Source of the DNA: a virus | Taxonomy: Duplodnaviria; Heunggongvirae; Uroviricota; Caudoviricetes | IMG/VR virus record: IMGVR_UViG_3300002220_006883 | DNA: 64,000 nt | Reading direction: 5' to 3' (one strand) | Shown here: positions 9,586-22,733 of the stretch, in pieces | Layout: each line of letters starts with the position of its first letter | How positions within the stretch are numbered: position 1 is the first letter of the stretch | The notes under the pieces: model-generated | The model's database searches: none | The model's input: only the letters and a program-made list of their open reading frames with translations | Told to the model about the DNA's origin: nothing | Program-made: the position numbers and the translations under genes

Positions 9586-10407
9586 TTATATTTTATTTTC
9601 TTTGTCTGAAGCCAAAACTAGCATTAAATTAGTTATAAAATTAACCTTATCATTATTTGAAAACTCTGCAAGTTCCAAATCCTCAATTTCTATTAATGCA
9701 TCACTAATAATAGTTACAGAAGCATCCACTATTTCTTTTCTAGATTTAATAATTGCTTTAGTTTTTTGTTCGTTCAACATTATTTGAACAACATCTGGAG
9801 AATAAGATGATGAAATAATTTTAGCTTCTATTACCTCTAATCCAGCTAAATAAATAATTTTAGAAAGAGAATCTTTTAATAATCTATTAATATCTTCAAT
9901 ATTACTTCTCAAAGAGTTTTCATTTCCATCGTAACAATGGCTTCCTATTATTTTTCTTAATGTAGAATCAATTTGATCTGATAAATATGATTCATAATCT
10001 TCAACATAAAATAAGGCTTTAGCACAATCACTAATTTTCCAAATAAAAACAGCTTTTATATCTAATGAATTACCATTTTTATCATTTATTTTCAATAAAT
10101 CAGTATTAATTGTATTTATTTTTAAAGAAACTTTAGCTTTTTTAATAAAAGGGTTAATCCAAAAAAATCCATTATTTTTTAAGCTTCCCCTATATTTTCC
10201 TAATAGGGTTCCCACAATAGCTTCATTAGGATTGTTAATAAAGAAACCAGAAGATAAAAAAATTAAAATAAAAATAGAAAATCCCAATAAAAATGGATTA
10301 CTAAATAAAATGACCAAAGTTATGAAAAAAATTTGTCCCATTAAAATAACCCAGCCATCAAAACAAGTTAACTCTTTTTCATTTATTTGTTCCATAATGC
10401 TTCTCAA
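9586..10407 (-). CDS. SPFH/band-7 (stomatin/prohibitin-like) membrane protein
   Basis: two N-terminal TM helices followed by an SPFH-like core. Confidence 0.65.
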   Translation of the reverse strand: MRSIMEQINEKELTCFDGWVILMGQIFFITLVILFSNPFLLGFSIFILIFLSSGFFINNPNEAIVGTLLGKYRGSLKNNGFFWINPFIKKAKVSLKINTINTDLLKINDKNGNSLDIKAVFIWKISDCAKALFYVEDYESYLSDQIDSTLRKIIGSHCYDGNENSLRSNIEDINRLLKDSLSKIIYLAGLEVIEAKIISSSYSPDVVQIMLNEQKTKAIIKSRKEIVDASVTIISDALIEIEDLELAEFSNNDKVNFITNLMLVLASDKENKI

Positions 10408-10560
10408 AATTTGTATTTTAAAAATAATAAAATTACATATAAAGTCAATTTAAACCTTAAAAGAACTGAAACAAATGATTGTTTTTATATTGTTATTGTG
10501 TTTAACATTTGACTTTTGTTGCTTTTTTTTGTTTAATAACATGAACTGCGAGAGGGCAAT

Positions 10561-11145
10561 ATGAAAAATAATTTAAAAACTAAAAAAGAAGAAATTTTAA
10601 ATAGTGAAGAAATAAGTAATTTTAATGAATTAAATCAAGAATTTAAAAAGCAAAAAACAAATTCAAATAAAGATAGTGAACATTATGATCATTTTTATGG
10701 AATTACAAAAACACTAAGAGAAAAAATTTTGAAACCACCAAAAAATTCTTTATCTGAATTAGTTTTTTTAGAAAAAATAGAAGAATTAGAAGTTATTTTA
10801 AAAAATGAAAATATAAATCTTGATTGTAGAGATGAATTGGGTATTACTGCATCCTGGACTCCACTCTATTGGGGGGTTAAATATAGAAAGTTAGAATGTG
10901 TTAAATTACTGTTAAGTTATGGTGCAAACATGAATACAGTAATAAACGATTTAGATGAATGTTGTGGGACAGTTTTAGACCTCGCAACTTTACGTTGTGA
11001 TGAAGAAATGGAATCACTATTAAGAGCCTTCGCAGAAAAAGAAGAAGTGAATTTAAGTCACAATTTTAAAGCAATAAGAACAAAATTAAGAGGAAAAGCC
11101 CCAGCTTTTAATTTTAATTGCTATGGTAAGAAAAAAGCAGAATAA
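10561..11145 (+). CDS. ankyrin-repeat protein
   Basis: ANK consensus …TPLYWGVKYRKLECVKLLLSYGANMN…. Confidence 0.7.
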   Translation: MKNNLKTKKEEILNSEEISNFNELNQEFKKQKTNSNKDSEHYDHFYGITKTLREKILKPPKNSLSELVFLEKIEELEVILKNENINLDCRDELGITASWTPLYWGVKYRKLECVKLLLSYGANMNTVINDLDECCGTVLDLATLRCDEEMESLLRAFAEKEEVNLSHNFKAIRTKLRGKAPAFNFNCYGKKKAE

Positions 11146-11216
11146 AAATACCTATATAAAAACAAGTAATATTCAAAGCAACACTCAGTTCGGGTTGTTA
11201 AATATGGAGAAGTAAG

Positions 11217-11244
11217 ATAAAAGCCTTGAAACTCAAGGCTTTTG
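11217..11244. terminator. bidirectional terminator hairpin, repeat-family copy 2
   Basis: AAAAGCCTTGAAACTCAAGGCTTTTG between convergent genes. Confidence 0.6.
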
Positions 11245-11293
11245 TTCATATATTGTTTTTATATCAAAATTAAATTGGTTTTTTGATATCTAG

Positions 11294-12250
11294 TTAACTT
11301 TGATTATATTCGTATATTGGCTTTTCTAGCTTTAAAATTTGCCCACGATTGTAATTAGAATTATTACTAGAGCTAATACATCCGTAACAAACACCAGTGG
11401 TTAGATCAACCATAGATAAAGCAAAGAATTCATGTCCAAATTGAGTGAATAAATAAGAATTTATTTCTTTTGAAGAGTAACCTAGAGCAGAACCTGTATC
11501 TATATAATATTGTTGACCTATTTTCATTGGAAATGGAACAACATTGTGGCCACAGAATATTTTAACTTTTTGAGAGAACTCATCATGAACCATAAATGAA
11601 AAATCTCCATCTTCTATTTTGTCTTTATGATCTTTATAGAAGGCTGAAGCATATTTTCTACTCCAAATTAATTTTTGTTTTAAATTGTAGTCTATGGTGC
11701 TATATCTATATTTATTGAAAAATTCTAATATTTGTTCTGAAAAATCAAAATTTTTCATGCTATTAAAATATCTTTCATATTCTTTTGTGTTTGTTTCTTG
11801 ATTAATACCTAATAAATGTTCTGGTAATATTTCAGCATGAACTATATATATCTTTTCATATAATAAATGTTCTATTTCATAAACTAATGGCATATTGAAG
11901 ATACGTTCAATATATGATTCACCTTTTTTAACAACATCAATTTCTTCTGGTGTTAATTCTGGGTCTTCTCCAGCTTCAATAAGTTTTATTTTTGTAAGTA
12001 AAAGGTCTTCATGATTGCCCAATACAGGGTAAAACCATTTTTTCTTTAAAAGAGCAAGGCAATCTTCTGATCTTGGGCCTCTATCTATTAAATCACCTGT
12101 AGAAAATAAGCGATCACGATTAGGATCAAACTTAACGAATGTCAAAAGTCTAGCAAGTTCATCGAAACAACCATGCAAATCACCAACTACAAAGTCGCGC
12201 CCTTCAACATTTGCAGGAACAGTTTGAATAAATTTAGGATCTAGGTACAT
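11294..12250 (-). CDS. PPP-family metallophosphatase (Ser/Thr phosphatase or ApaH-like)
   Basis: GDLHGC…GDLIDRGP…GNHE motifs. Confidence 0.7.
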   Translation of the reverse strand: MYLDPKFIQTVPANVEGRDFVVGDLHGCFDELARLLTFVKFDPNRDRLFSTGDLIDRGPRSEDCLALLKKKWFYPVLGNHEDLLLTKIKLIEAGEDPELTPEEIDVVKKGESYIERIFNMPLVYEIEHLLYEKIYIVHAEILPEHLLGINQETNTKEYERYFNSMKNFDFSEQILEFFNKYRYSTIDYNLKQKLIWSRKYASAFYKDHKDKIEDGDFSFMVHDEFSQKVKIFCGHNVVPFPMKIGQQYYIDTGSALGYSSKEINSYLFTQFGHEFFALSMVDLTTGVCYGCISSSNNSNYNRGQILKLEKPIYEYNQS

Positions 12251-12366
12251 AGTTAATCTTCTTTAATGTTTTTTAAATTTAAATAATTTAAAAATAAAAT
12301 CAAGAGTTATTTATTATATCTTTACTCAGTCATTTCATAATGATATAATAAAAAGATATCTAATAA

Positions 12367-14426
<2,060 letters not shown>

Positions 14427-14427
<1 letters not shown>

Positions 14428-14990
14428 TGAGACTATTAGAGACATTTAATACTTATAGTGAAGAAGACTTCTTGGAGAACAAGAAGTTTTCTTGTCATAG
14501 TTGGGTAAATGATTGTATCAAAGATATTAATTTATCTTTGGAAATTATAGATAAACACAAATCAAATATTAATCAAAAAGATTTAGTAGGAAAATTTAAT
14601 GCATTAAATTATACAATTGATGTTTTTTCTTTTTACCAAAATACAAGATTTAGAAATTATCCTGATACAAATAATAGAGACTATCAATTAGATTTTGCAA
14701 TTATATTTTATGGATTATTAAAAAATAATGGTGATATTTTATCTTATGATTATAGAAAAGAAACAGTAAGAGATAATTTGAATAAATTTTTTAAATCAGA
14801 AAATGAAATTAGTTGGAAAATAACACATCAATTTATCCATCCGTTAATTTTCGAGATGAGTAATTCCGAAAACCCAATAGAACAATTAAGAGAAATAATA
14901 AAAGATAAAGATACCAAAAACTATTTAATGGTATCTTTAGATATAAATTTAATGGAAAAAAATCTCCAGAAAAAAAGAAATAAGATTTAA
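14427..14990 (+). CDS. hypothetical protein
   Basis: 187 aa ORF whose start overlaps the ligA stop by 1 nt (TAATG), suggesting coupling. Confidence 0.5.
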
Positions 14991-15514
14991 TTTATATTTT
15001 CTAATTTCCATAATTCAATTTTTTTATCAAATTTAGAAAATATGTGAGTTGTAATTATATGAAGTAATGAGCTTTTTGATTTATTATATCTAATGGCTAA
15101 AGAGTTATATTTTTTTTGATAAGGCAACAATGTGCTTTCGGAAATTAATATTTCTTCAATTATTTGTTTATAATTGGAAATATTTTTTAATTGTGGAAAC
15201 TCTAAAAACAATACTTCAATTTTTAAAGCTAATTGAGTTATTTTTTCTTCACAAAAATATTCAGAACGAAACTCTTTTTCTTGTTTGAATTTTTGAGCTT
15301 GAGATCGTAATTGAACAACTTCTTTTAAAAAAGTTTGTTCATAATCCATTTTTTCCTCTACTTTGGTTATTAATGTTTCAAAACTTCTAAATCTTTTATC
15401 CAATAAAACGGATATAATTTTTCTCATTTTTAAAATTTGTTTTTCTTTAATGGTTAAATAACCATAAGATAAAAACAAATAAACCAAGATTCCACCTATA
15501 ATTTCAAAAATCAT
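14987..15514 (-). CDS. LemA-family membrane protein
   Basis: N-terminal TM helix; pattern …FPQLKN…SLAIRYNKS… resembles LemA. Confidence 0.55.
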   Translation of the reverse strand: MIFEIIGGILVYLFLSYGYLTIKEKQILKMRKIISVLLDKRFRSFETLITKVEEKMDYEQTFLKEVVQLRSQAQKFKQEKEFRSEYFCEEKITQLALKIEVLFLEFPQLKNISNYKQIIEEILISESTLLPYQKKYNSLAIRYNKSKSSLLHIITTHIFSKFDKKIELWKLENIN

Positions 15515-15633
15515 TTTTTTCCTTATTTTTTTATAATTACATATTATATTATTTTTTTAAAAAAGATCAAATTTTTATATAATAGATTTATTTATTAAAA
15601 TTAACTGTTATAATCTACATAAGGAGAAAAAAT

Positions 15634-16281
15634 ATGCATATATTTTCAACATTAGAGAAACTATTTAAAACTAAAGAGCCAGTAAAAATAGAAGAGAAAA
15701 AAATAGAACTTAATAATAATTCTAACTTAAGGAGAAATGAATCAAAAGTTAATAGTGTTAAATCTAAAAAGCCTTATATTGAAAAAAAGCCTAACTATGA
15801 AAAAGTAATAGATAAGAATACTTGTTATGTTTTGTTTCCTAAAGATGGAGATACTTTTGTGGGAATGCATAATAATGAAAAGAAAACCTTTCGTTTGGCA
15901 GGAATAAATACACCAGAAAAGGGACAAGCTGGTTCAAAAGAAGCTACTGATTTTTTAAGAGAAAATATTGGTAAAAAAGTAGTGTACTTAACTTTTTTGG
16001 GAAAAGATAAATATGAACGTGAAATTGTAGAGGTTTTTTTAGATAAAGAAAGAAAATTAAACTTAAATGAAAAATTAATAGAGATTGGTTTAGCTAAAAG
16101 TGAAAGATATAGGGATGCCAATGGAAATTATACACATTCAACAATGGAATATGTTAAGCATGAATTAAAAGAAAAGTTCGCATTACTAAATTCATATGAG
16201 CCAACAGATTCCCAAGCACAAACTGAAAATGTTGAAATAAATCCAACCCCTCCTAAAAAAAGATTTGGTAACAACAGATAA
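15634..16281 (+). CDS. thermonuclease (staphylococcal nuclease-like)
   Basis: SNase-like core …LAGINTPEKGQ…EREIVEVFL…. Confidence 0.65.
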   Translation: MHIFSTLEKLFKTKEPVKIEEKKIELNNNSNLRRNESKVNSVKSKKPYIEKKPNYEKVIDKNTCYVLFPKDGDTFVGMHNNEKKTFRLAGINTPEKGQAGSKEATDFLRENIGKKVVYLTFLGKDKYEREIVEVFLDKERKLNLNEKLIEIGLAKSERYRDANGNYTHSTMEYVKHELKEKFALLNSYEPTDSQAQTENVEINPTPPKKRFGNNR

Positions 16282-16319
16282 TTGACAAAAAAATTCTTTT
16301 GTAATAGGTTCATAAGATT

Positions 16320-16886
16320 ATGAGAGAAGATATTCAATTTACCTTAGAAGAATTAGATAAAATAAATTTAGTTCATTATATTCAAAGTTTATTTTTTGAA
16401 TATAATGAACTTTACTTAATTAATATCTGTATTCATAAATCATCAGTAATAGAAAAGGGTAAAAAAGTAGATGTGAAAAAAACCATAAAACCTAGCATTA
16501 CATTTAGGTATCAATCTTTTTATTGTGCATGGTTTAATGGTGGTGCATATATTGCTGAAGAATATGAAAAATTATTTGATTGTCAAAATAATAATTTAAC
16601 AAAAATAATTCAAAATTTTAATCCTATTCATTTTTATTTGCAGATAAACAATAAAAAAATAACATATAATGATTTTGAAGAAAAAATAATTAATGTAAAA
16701 GAATTACAAGAAGAAAAAATACCTAATATATTCGGAGAGGCTAATTTTATTAGATTTTGTCGTGATAGTTTTGAATCTGATTCTGATAATTTTCTTGGAT
16801 TAAAAATACTTTCAAAAAAATATGCACAAAACTTAAATAAGACTTTAATTGTAAATTCTAAAAAAGAAAAATGGATTAAAGTGTAA
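16320..16886 (+). CDS. hypothetical protein
   Basis: 188 aa ORF with no recognised motif. Confidence 0.45.
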   Translation: MREDIQFTLEELDKINLVHYIQSLFFEYNELYLINICIHKSSVIEKGKKVDVKKTIKPSITFRYQSFYCAWFNGGAYIAEEYEKLFDCQNNNLTKIIQNFNPIHFYLQINNKKITYNDFEEKIINVKELQEEKIPNIFGEANFIRFCRDSFESDSDNFLGLKILSKKYAQNLNKTLIVNSKKEKWIKV

Positions 16887-16903
16887 AAATTTCTTAGTCA
16901 AAA

Positions 16904-17395
16904 TTGACAAACAATAAAATTATATTAAGAATATATAAATTGTTAGCTATAAGAAGAAGAAGAAAAATGAAAAAAAGTATGAACAAACCAGTTCCATTAG
17001 CGAATAAAAAATTCTATAATACTTATAAAGGAAAAAATGAAAATAAGTATTTTTTTGTATTACCATGTATAACAATTTCTCCTAAAAAGAATTTAAATTG
17101 GGACATGACAATGAAATCTTATTTCTTCGCTTGGGGATATAAATTTATACAATTTAATGTTTGTGAAATTGTAAGTGACACAAGTCAAGAATTAACAAAA
17201 GAATATTTTGAATTATTAAAGAAATCCTTAAAAGATTCTGGATTAATAATATCAGATATGCAAGCTGCCTTAAGTTTTATTAAAAATAACATCTATTTAG
17301 TGAGTATATTGAGAAATTCAAATATAAGTCATCCATATGTAAAGAAAATATTAGTAAGTTATTTTCAAAATCAATCTTTTGTAACAATTGTCTAA
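16904..17395 (+). CDS. hypothetical protein
   Basis: 163 aa ORF with no recognised motif. Confidence 0.4.
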   Translation: MTNNKIILRIYKLLAIRRRRKMKKSMNKPVPLANKKFYNTYKGKNENKYFFVLPCITISPKKNLNWDMTMKSYFFAWGYKFIQFNVCEIVSDTSQELTKEYFELLKKSLKDSGLIISDMQAALSFIKNNIYLVSILRNSNISHPYVKKILVSYFQNQSFVTIV

Positions 17396-17406
17396 TTAAA
17401 TATTTA

Positions 17407-17484
17407 AATACCACAAAATGTGGTATTTGTTTATTGTGAATAAATTAATTATTACAAAAAAAGAAAAGTCCAGATGGACTTTTC
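17407..17484. terminator. two tandem terminator hairpins between convergent genes
   Basis: AATACCACAAAATGTGGTATT and GAAAAGTCCAGATGGACTTTTC, each flanked by A/T runs. Confidence 0.55.
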
Positions 17485-17508
17485 TTTTACTATATTAATA
17501 ATAGTTGA

Positions 17509-18720
17509 TTAAGGTGTTACACAACGATCACCATTCCAAGTTCCAACAATACAAACTTGGCAAACTTGACCATCAAAATTACCAATTCCATTATTTGATG
17601 GTCTAGAGCTTGTAGGGGGTAAGCCACTAGTGCAGTTATTTACATTAGTTGTAGTTCTTTGTGCTAAAGTGCTTAAGTTTGGAGCCCATACTGGAGTAGC
17701 TGCATTAGCTGCACTCCAAATATTATTAGGCACTTCTCTTCCAGCAACAAAAGTTCCTGAAGTAGAAACTCCAGCAGGAGTAGTAACTGTTATGCTTGTT
17801 CCTGCTAAAGTTCTACTTACTGATGCACTTGAGCTACCTGCTGGTAAAACGTCACATCTTAATTGATACATGTTCCAACCTTGACCTAGTGGACAATTTC
17901 CAGCACGTCCTTGTATGGCAGTTAAAGTATTAGTTGAATTACCAACAAAAGCTTTACATAATTTACCATCCCAAGATTGACCAGCAGGACATTCACAAGT
18001 AGATGAGGTAGCATTAAATGTCGCACCACCACTACATGTTGGTCCTGTAGATGTTATTGCACCAATAGGAGGGGCAATATAATATTTAGTTTCTTTATCT
18101 CTAAAGTGACCAGCAGCACCAGTTAGAGTAATTGGCTCTACACCACGTTTTGAAATATCTGTTGAAATCTTAACAATATTATTGGTAACTTGATTACATG
18201 CATTTGATGCAGTATTACTATCAACAACAGAAGCTCCTAAAGCCTTAACTTGTGTTCCATTAACTTGTAATACTTGAGAAATATTGGTGAATGATGGATT
18301 TGTTATAAACTTAGCACAAGCTTCTTGTGGAACACCATTAAATGTCAATTCAACTAGAGCAGTATTAGATACAGTAACACCAGCAAAAGTTACACTACCT
18401 CCCCACAAATTTTTAACAGTACTTGCTGAAGCTTTCATTTCTTCTGGAATAACATTAGCAGAAATTAATCTAGTTGGTGGATTAGTTGCCGCAGTTATTG
18501 TGGTTGAGCTTGTAGCTGCATTACTAGAATCATCAGAAAGACTCATAAAATTACTTTCTAATTGTTGTAGTATTTGAATAACATATTGTGATTGTCTTTG
18601 CACAGTAAAATTATTGTATTTTTTTACATATGAAGAGTAAACACCAGCACCAATAAGTGCTATTATTCCAACAACTAATATTGTTTCAACTAATGTAAAA
18701 CCTTTATTTTTTTTTCTCAT
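17509..18720 (-). CDS. large type IV pilin-like protein
   Basis: prepilin N-terminus MRKKNKGFTLVETILVVGIIALIGAG; 403 aa, T/S-rich, Cys-rich C-terminus. Confidence 0.8.
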   Translation of the reverse strand: MRKKNKGFTLVETILVVGIIALIGAGVYSSYVKKYNNFTVQRQSQYVIQILQQLESNFMSLSDDSSNAATSSTTITAATNPPTRLISANVIPEEMKASASTVKNLWGGSVTFAGVTVSNTALVELTFNGVPQEACAKFITNPSFTNISQVLQVNGTQVKALGASVVDSNTASNACNQVTNNIVKISTDISKRGVEPITLTGAAGHFRDKETKYYIAPPIGAITSTGPTCSGGATFNATSSTCECPAGQSWDGKLCKAFVGNSTNTLTAIQGRAGNCPLGQGWNMYQLRCDVLPAGSSSASVSRTLAGTSITVTTPAGVSTSGTFVAGREVPNNIWSAANAATPVWAPNLSTLAQRTTTNVNNCTSGLPPTSSRPSNNGIGNFDGQVCQVCIVGTWNGDRCVTP

Positions 18721-18834
18721 AATTATTCCACCATATATTTAAAATAGAATAAAATAAAAATAAAAAAAATCAAGAAAACAAATTAAATGATACTAAGTAA
18801 TATTCCTTTAACCATAATATTGTTAAAAAAAGAA

Positions 18835-18873
18835 AAAACCCCATTAGCATGTTGTAAACAATAATGGGGTTTG
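18835..18873 (-). terminator. rho-independent terminator after the Hsp70 gene
   Basis: AACCCCATTAGCATGTTGTAAACAATAATGGGGTT hairpin followed by a T-run on the minus strand. Confidence 0.6.
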
Positions 18874-18891
18874 CTTTTCACCAAGATGAAG

Positions 18892-20646
18892 TTACTGTAA
18901 TTTTTTATTTATTTCTTCTTCAAGAGATTTAACTTCACTTAAATTACTTAAGGTTTTTAATTTATTTTCAAAAAATGAATAGTCTTCTTCATTCAATTTG
19001 TTTTCTTTTTTATACTGATGTAAAAGATTGTCAATATTATTAATTGAATTAATGAGTTCTATTTTTTCTTCATCTTTACTCTTTTGTTCATTAGCTTCTT
19101 GAATAAGTTTATTTATTTCTTCTGTTGATAATCCAGAAGAAGCAGTTATTTTAATACTGTTTTCTTTTCCAGTAGATTGATCTTTTGCACTTACATGTAA
19201 AATACCATTAGCATCAATATCAAAAATAACTTCTATTTTAGGTGTGCCTTTAGGTGCTGGTGGGATACCGACTAAATTAAATTGACCTAAACTCTTATTA
19301 CCTTCAACTACTTTTCGTTCTCCTTGCAATACATGAATAGTTACTGCATCTTGATTATCACTTGCTGTAGAAAACACTTGAGATGCTTTAGTTGGAATAG
19401 TTGTATTTTTATTGATTAATGGAGTCATTACACCTCCCATAGTTTCAATACCTAATGTTAATGGTGTTACATCTAATAATAACACATCTTTAACATCACC
19501 CTTTAATACGGCACCTTGTATTGCAGCGCCTAAAGCAACAGCTTCATCAGGATTAATATCTTTTCTTGGTTCTGTTCCAAAATATTCTTTTACTTTATTT
19601 TGAACTAGTGGCATTCTTGTCATGCCACCAACTAATAAAACGGCTTTAATTTCTTGTGGTGTCTTTTTTGCATCTTGCATAGCTTGTTTAACTGCAATAA
19701 AGCTCTTTTCAACCAAATCTTCGACTAAAGATTCTAATTTGGCTCTAGTAATTTTTACCATTAAATGTTTTGGTCCGCTTGCATCAGCAGTAATATAAGG
19801 TAAATTAACTTCAGTTTGTGAACTAGAAGATAACTCAATTTTAGCTTTTTCAGCAGCATCTTTTAATCTTTGTAAAGCTAATGGATCTTTGGTTAAATCA
19901 ACACTTTGTTCCTTCTTAAATTCTTGAGAAATATAGTTTACTAAAACATTATCAAAATCTTCACCACCTAAAAATGTATCTCCATTTGTTGATAAAACTT
20001 CAAATTGTTTTTCTCCATCAATATCAATGATATCAATAATAGATATATCAAAAGTTCCACCACCTAAATCATATACAGCAATAGTTCCTTCAACATCTTT
20101 ATCTATTCCAAAAGCTAAAGCTGCGGCAGTAGGCTCATTTATAATACGCTGGACATTTAAGCCAGCAATTTTACCAGCATCTTTGGTAGCTTGTCTTTGA
20201 GAATCATTGAAATAAGCAGGAACAGTTATTACAGCATCAGTAATTTTTTCTCCCAAATAATCTTCAGCTATTTTTTTCATTTTAGATAAAATTAATGCAG
20301 AAATTTGAGCAGGAGCAGTTTTTTTCTTGTTTGCCATAACCCAAGCATCACCATTATCATGTTTTATTATTTCATAAGAGCTATGTTTAATAGCTTTTTC
20401 AACTTCTGCATCAGTAAATTTTCTACCAATTAAACGTTTGGTTGCAAAAAAAGTTTCTTTTGGATTTGTAATTGCTTGTCTTTTGGCTGGGGCCCCAACT
20501 AACGCTTCTCCATCAGAAGTATAAGCAACAATAGAAGCAGTGGTTCTTGCTCCTTCTTGATTCTCTAAAACTTTAACATTACCATTTTCTAAAATAGCAA
20601 TACATGAGTTGGTTGTTCCTAAATCAATCCCTATAATCTTAGACAT
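18892..20646 (-). CDS. dnaK: Hsp70 chaperone, DnaK family (short, 584 aa)
   Basis: [20 protein letters not shown] and related motifs; substrate-binding domain present; shortened lid. Confidence 0.85.
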   Translation of the reverse strand: MSKIIGIDLGTTNSCIAILENGNVKVLENQEGARTTASIVAYTSDGEALVGAPAKRQAITNPKETFFATKRLIGRKFTDAEVEKAIKHSSYEIIKHDNGDAWVMANKKKTAPAQISALILSKMKKIAEDYLGEKITDAVITVPAYFNDSQRQATKDAGKIAGLNVQRIINEPTAAALAFGIDKDVEGTIAVYDLGGGTFDISIIDIIDIDGEKQFEVLSTNGDTFLGGEDFDNVLVNYISQEFKKEQSVDLTKDPLALQRLKDAAEKAKIELSSSSQTEVNLPYITADASGPKHLMVKITRAKLESLVEDLVEKSFIAVKQAMQDAKKTPQEIKAVLLVGGMTRMPLVQNKVKEYFGTEPRKDINPDEAVALGAAIQGAVLKGDVKDVLLLDVTPLTLGIETMGGVMTPLINKNTTIPTKASQVFSTASDNQDAVTIHVLQGERKVVEGNKSLGQFNLVGIPPAPKGTPKIEVIFDIDANGILHVSAKDQSTGKENSIKITASSGLSTEEINKLIQEANEQKSKDEEKIELINSINNIDNLLHQYKKENKLNEEDYSFFENKLKTLSNLSEVKSLEEEINKKLQ

Positions 20647-20750
20647 AAATTTCTCCTTATGTAGTCTTAATAGAAATATGTTATTGGTTTTAAAAAAAAC
20701 AAGATTTATTTTTTAAAATATGATACAATTCAAACCAAAGGAAAGAATCT

Positions 20751-21584
20751 ATGAAAAAAAATTTAATTATATATCATGGTGATTGCAATGATGGATTTGG
20801 AGCAGCCTTTGCAGCTTATTTATATTATGGCAAAAATGCAGAATATTATCCTGGAATGTATGATGGAAACACTCCAGATGTAAAAAACAAAAATGTATGT
20901 ATTTTTGATTATCATTTCAAAGAAAAAATTTTATTAGAAATGAATAATCAAGCAGAAAGTTTAATTTTAAAAGATCATCATTTTTCCGCAGAACAAATAG
21001 TTGGACACCTTCCATTTACTTTTTTTGACAATTCAAAATCTGGAGCAGTATTAGCTTGGGAACACTTTTTTAAAGAATCTATACCAGAAATGTTTTTGTG
21101 GCTTCAAGACAGAGACTTATTTGAAAATAAAATAGAGGAGTCAAAGTATTTTCATTACTTCCTAGCATCTAAAAAATATTCTTTTGATGATTGGAATGAA
21201 GTATTTGAAAAATTAAAAACTATTGATGGTAGAAAAGAAATTTTAGATTCTGGAAAAACTATTTTTGATTATTACAATAATCAAATGCAATTAATTATGA
21301 AACATCATGCTATTCCACTAACTATAAATGGACAAGATGGTTGGATTATAAATACAAATCGTTTATTTATATCGGAAATTGGAAATGAATTAGCAAAAAG
21401 GAATAATACCTTTGCATTAATTTGGAGTTTAACTGAGAAAGGAACAGTTTCTTGTAGTGTTCGTTCTGTTGGAGATTCTTCTGCAAGGTTGATAGCAGAA
21501 GAATTCGGTGGGGGTGGACATGAACATGCTGCAAAATTCAATATGAAATTAACGGAATTTGTAAGTAAGTTTTTAAATTTTTAA
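20751..21584 (+). CDS. DHH/DHHA1 phosphoesterase
   Basis: HGDCNDGFG and DHH motifs; C-terminal GGGGHEHAA (DHHA1). Confidence 0.65.
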   Translation: MKKNLIIYHGDCNDGFGAAFAAYLYYGKNAEYYPGMYDGNTPDVKNKNVCIFDYHFKEKILLEMNNQAESLILKDHHFSAEQIVGHLPFTFFDNSKSGAVLAWEHFFKESIPEMFLWLQDRDLFENKIEESKYFHYFLASKKYSFDDWNEVFEKLKTIDGRKEILDSGKTIFDYYNNQMQLIMKHHAIPLTINGQDGWIINTNRLFISEIGNELAKRNNTFALIWSLTEKGTVSCSVRSVGDSSARLIAEEFGGGGHEHAAKFNMKLTEFVSKFLNF

Positions 21585-22700
21585 TTTTGATTGATTTGTT
21601 ATCTTATTTTCTTTTAATCCATTTTTTAATGTGCAATAAGAAATAAAAGAGGATATATTTTCAATTTCTTGATTGTAGATATCTAGAAATTCATTTTTAA
21701 CAATCATGTTAGATGATAATTTACATTTTTCAAAAAGTGCAAAAGATTTTTGCATTATTTCAAATAAATCATATTTTGTTAAGTTCGAATTAAATATACA
21801 AAGGAGTTGAGAAGAAGATTCATCACTTTTAATATTTGTTAGGTGTAATTCTTTAAAATTATTATTAATAAATGATAAAGAAAAATCACTAGCTTCTTTT
21901 GCAGTTTTAGAATGAACTATTGATGGATAATTTTTTTCTAAAAAAGAATAATTTACATCAAAAATAATAGTTCGTTCTTCTGAAATAGAAAACAAGCTAT
22001 TAACATTATCTTTTATCTTAATGCTTTTCCAATATTCTTTATATAGATGTAAATCTTCTTGTTTAATATGTTTTCTGATTCCATTATAAACGGATAAATC
22101 AAACTCTTTAATAACTTCTTTTTCTTCTTTACTAGAGTAATATTTTACATATGAATCTTTTGCTAAAGAATAATGATTATTAAGGAATACAAATAAATTT
22201 TCTTTAAGTTCAAGATATTTATTTTCAGAAATCATTAAATTCAATTCTAATGTTTTAATAAAATCAAAAGGATGAAAGTCTTTATGTTTTGTGAAATCTT
22301 GTTCGAGTGTAAATAAAATATGTTTTTGATATGGGTTATCTTTATTTTTAAATTTGTAATTATCTTTACAGTAGATATTAAAAAGTTCAATCATTCCAAA
22401 ATTTTTAAAAAAAGAATGATGAGCATTTTTAAAATTAGAAAAAGATTCTTTTTTTATGAAAGAATGAATTAACTCTTGTTTAAATGAATGCATATCATGA
22501 ATATAAAAATCGAAGTTTTTATGTTCATTAGTTTGGTTCCATGTTTTTTCAACTTCAGCTAAAAAAATATCATTAACATTTTTTTCCTGCCAATTAACAT
22601 TAAACCTAAAAATTTTTTCATTATCATAAATACTGTAATAAGCACAAAAAGACTTATTTTTTATGAATTTTTCTTGAATTAATTGATTGAGTGGGTTCAT
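21573..22700 (-). CDS. hypothetical protein
   Basis: 375 aa ORF with no recognised motif. Confidence 0.45.
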   Translation of the reverse strand: MNPLNQLIQEKFIKNKSFCAYYSIYDNEKIFRFNVNWQEKNVNDIFLAEVEKTWNQTNEHKNFDFYIHDMHSFKQELIHSFIKKESFSNFKNAHHSFFKNFGMIELFNIYCKDNYKFKNKDNPYQKHILFTLEQDFTKHKDFHPFDFIKTLELNLMISENKYLELKENLFVFLNNHYSLAKDSYVKYYSSKEEKEVIKEFDLSVYNGIRKHIKQEDLHLYKEYWKSIKIKDNVNSLFSISEERTIIFDVNYSFLEKNYPSIVHSKTAKEASDFSLSFINNNFKELHLTNIKSDESSSQLLCIFNSNLTKYDLFEIMQKSFALFEKCKLSSNMIVKNEFLDIYNQEIENISSFISYCTLKNGLKENKITNQSKLKI

Positions 22701-22733
22701 AATAAAAATGGCATATTTCTATGCCACTTATAA

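Noticed and set aside
15742-16337. Three minus-strand ORFs overlapping the thermonuclease gene and its flank
   Set aside because: Low-complexity translations antisense to a motif-supported CDS.
17630-18577. Two plus-strand ORFs (17630-17866, 18284-18577) inside the pilin gene
   Set aside because: Antisense to a pilin with a clear prepilin N-terminus; their Ala/Val-rich translations reflect the complement of S/T codons.
19412-19603. ORF antisense to the DnaK-family gene
   Set aside because: Shadow ORF.
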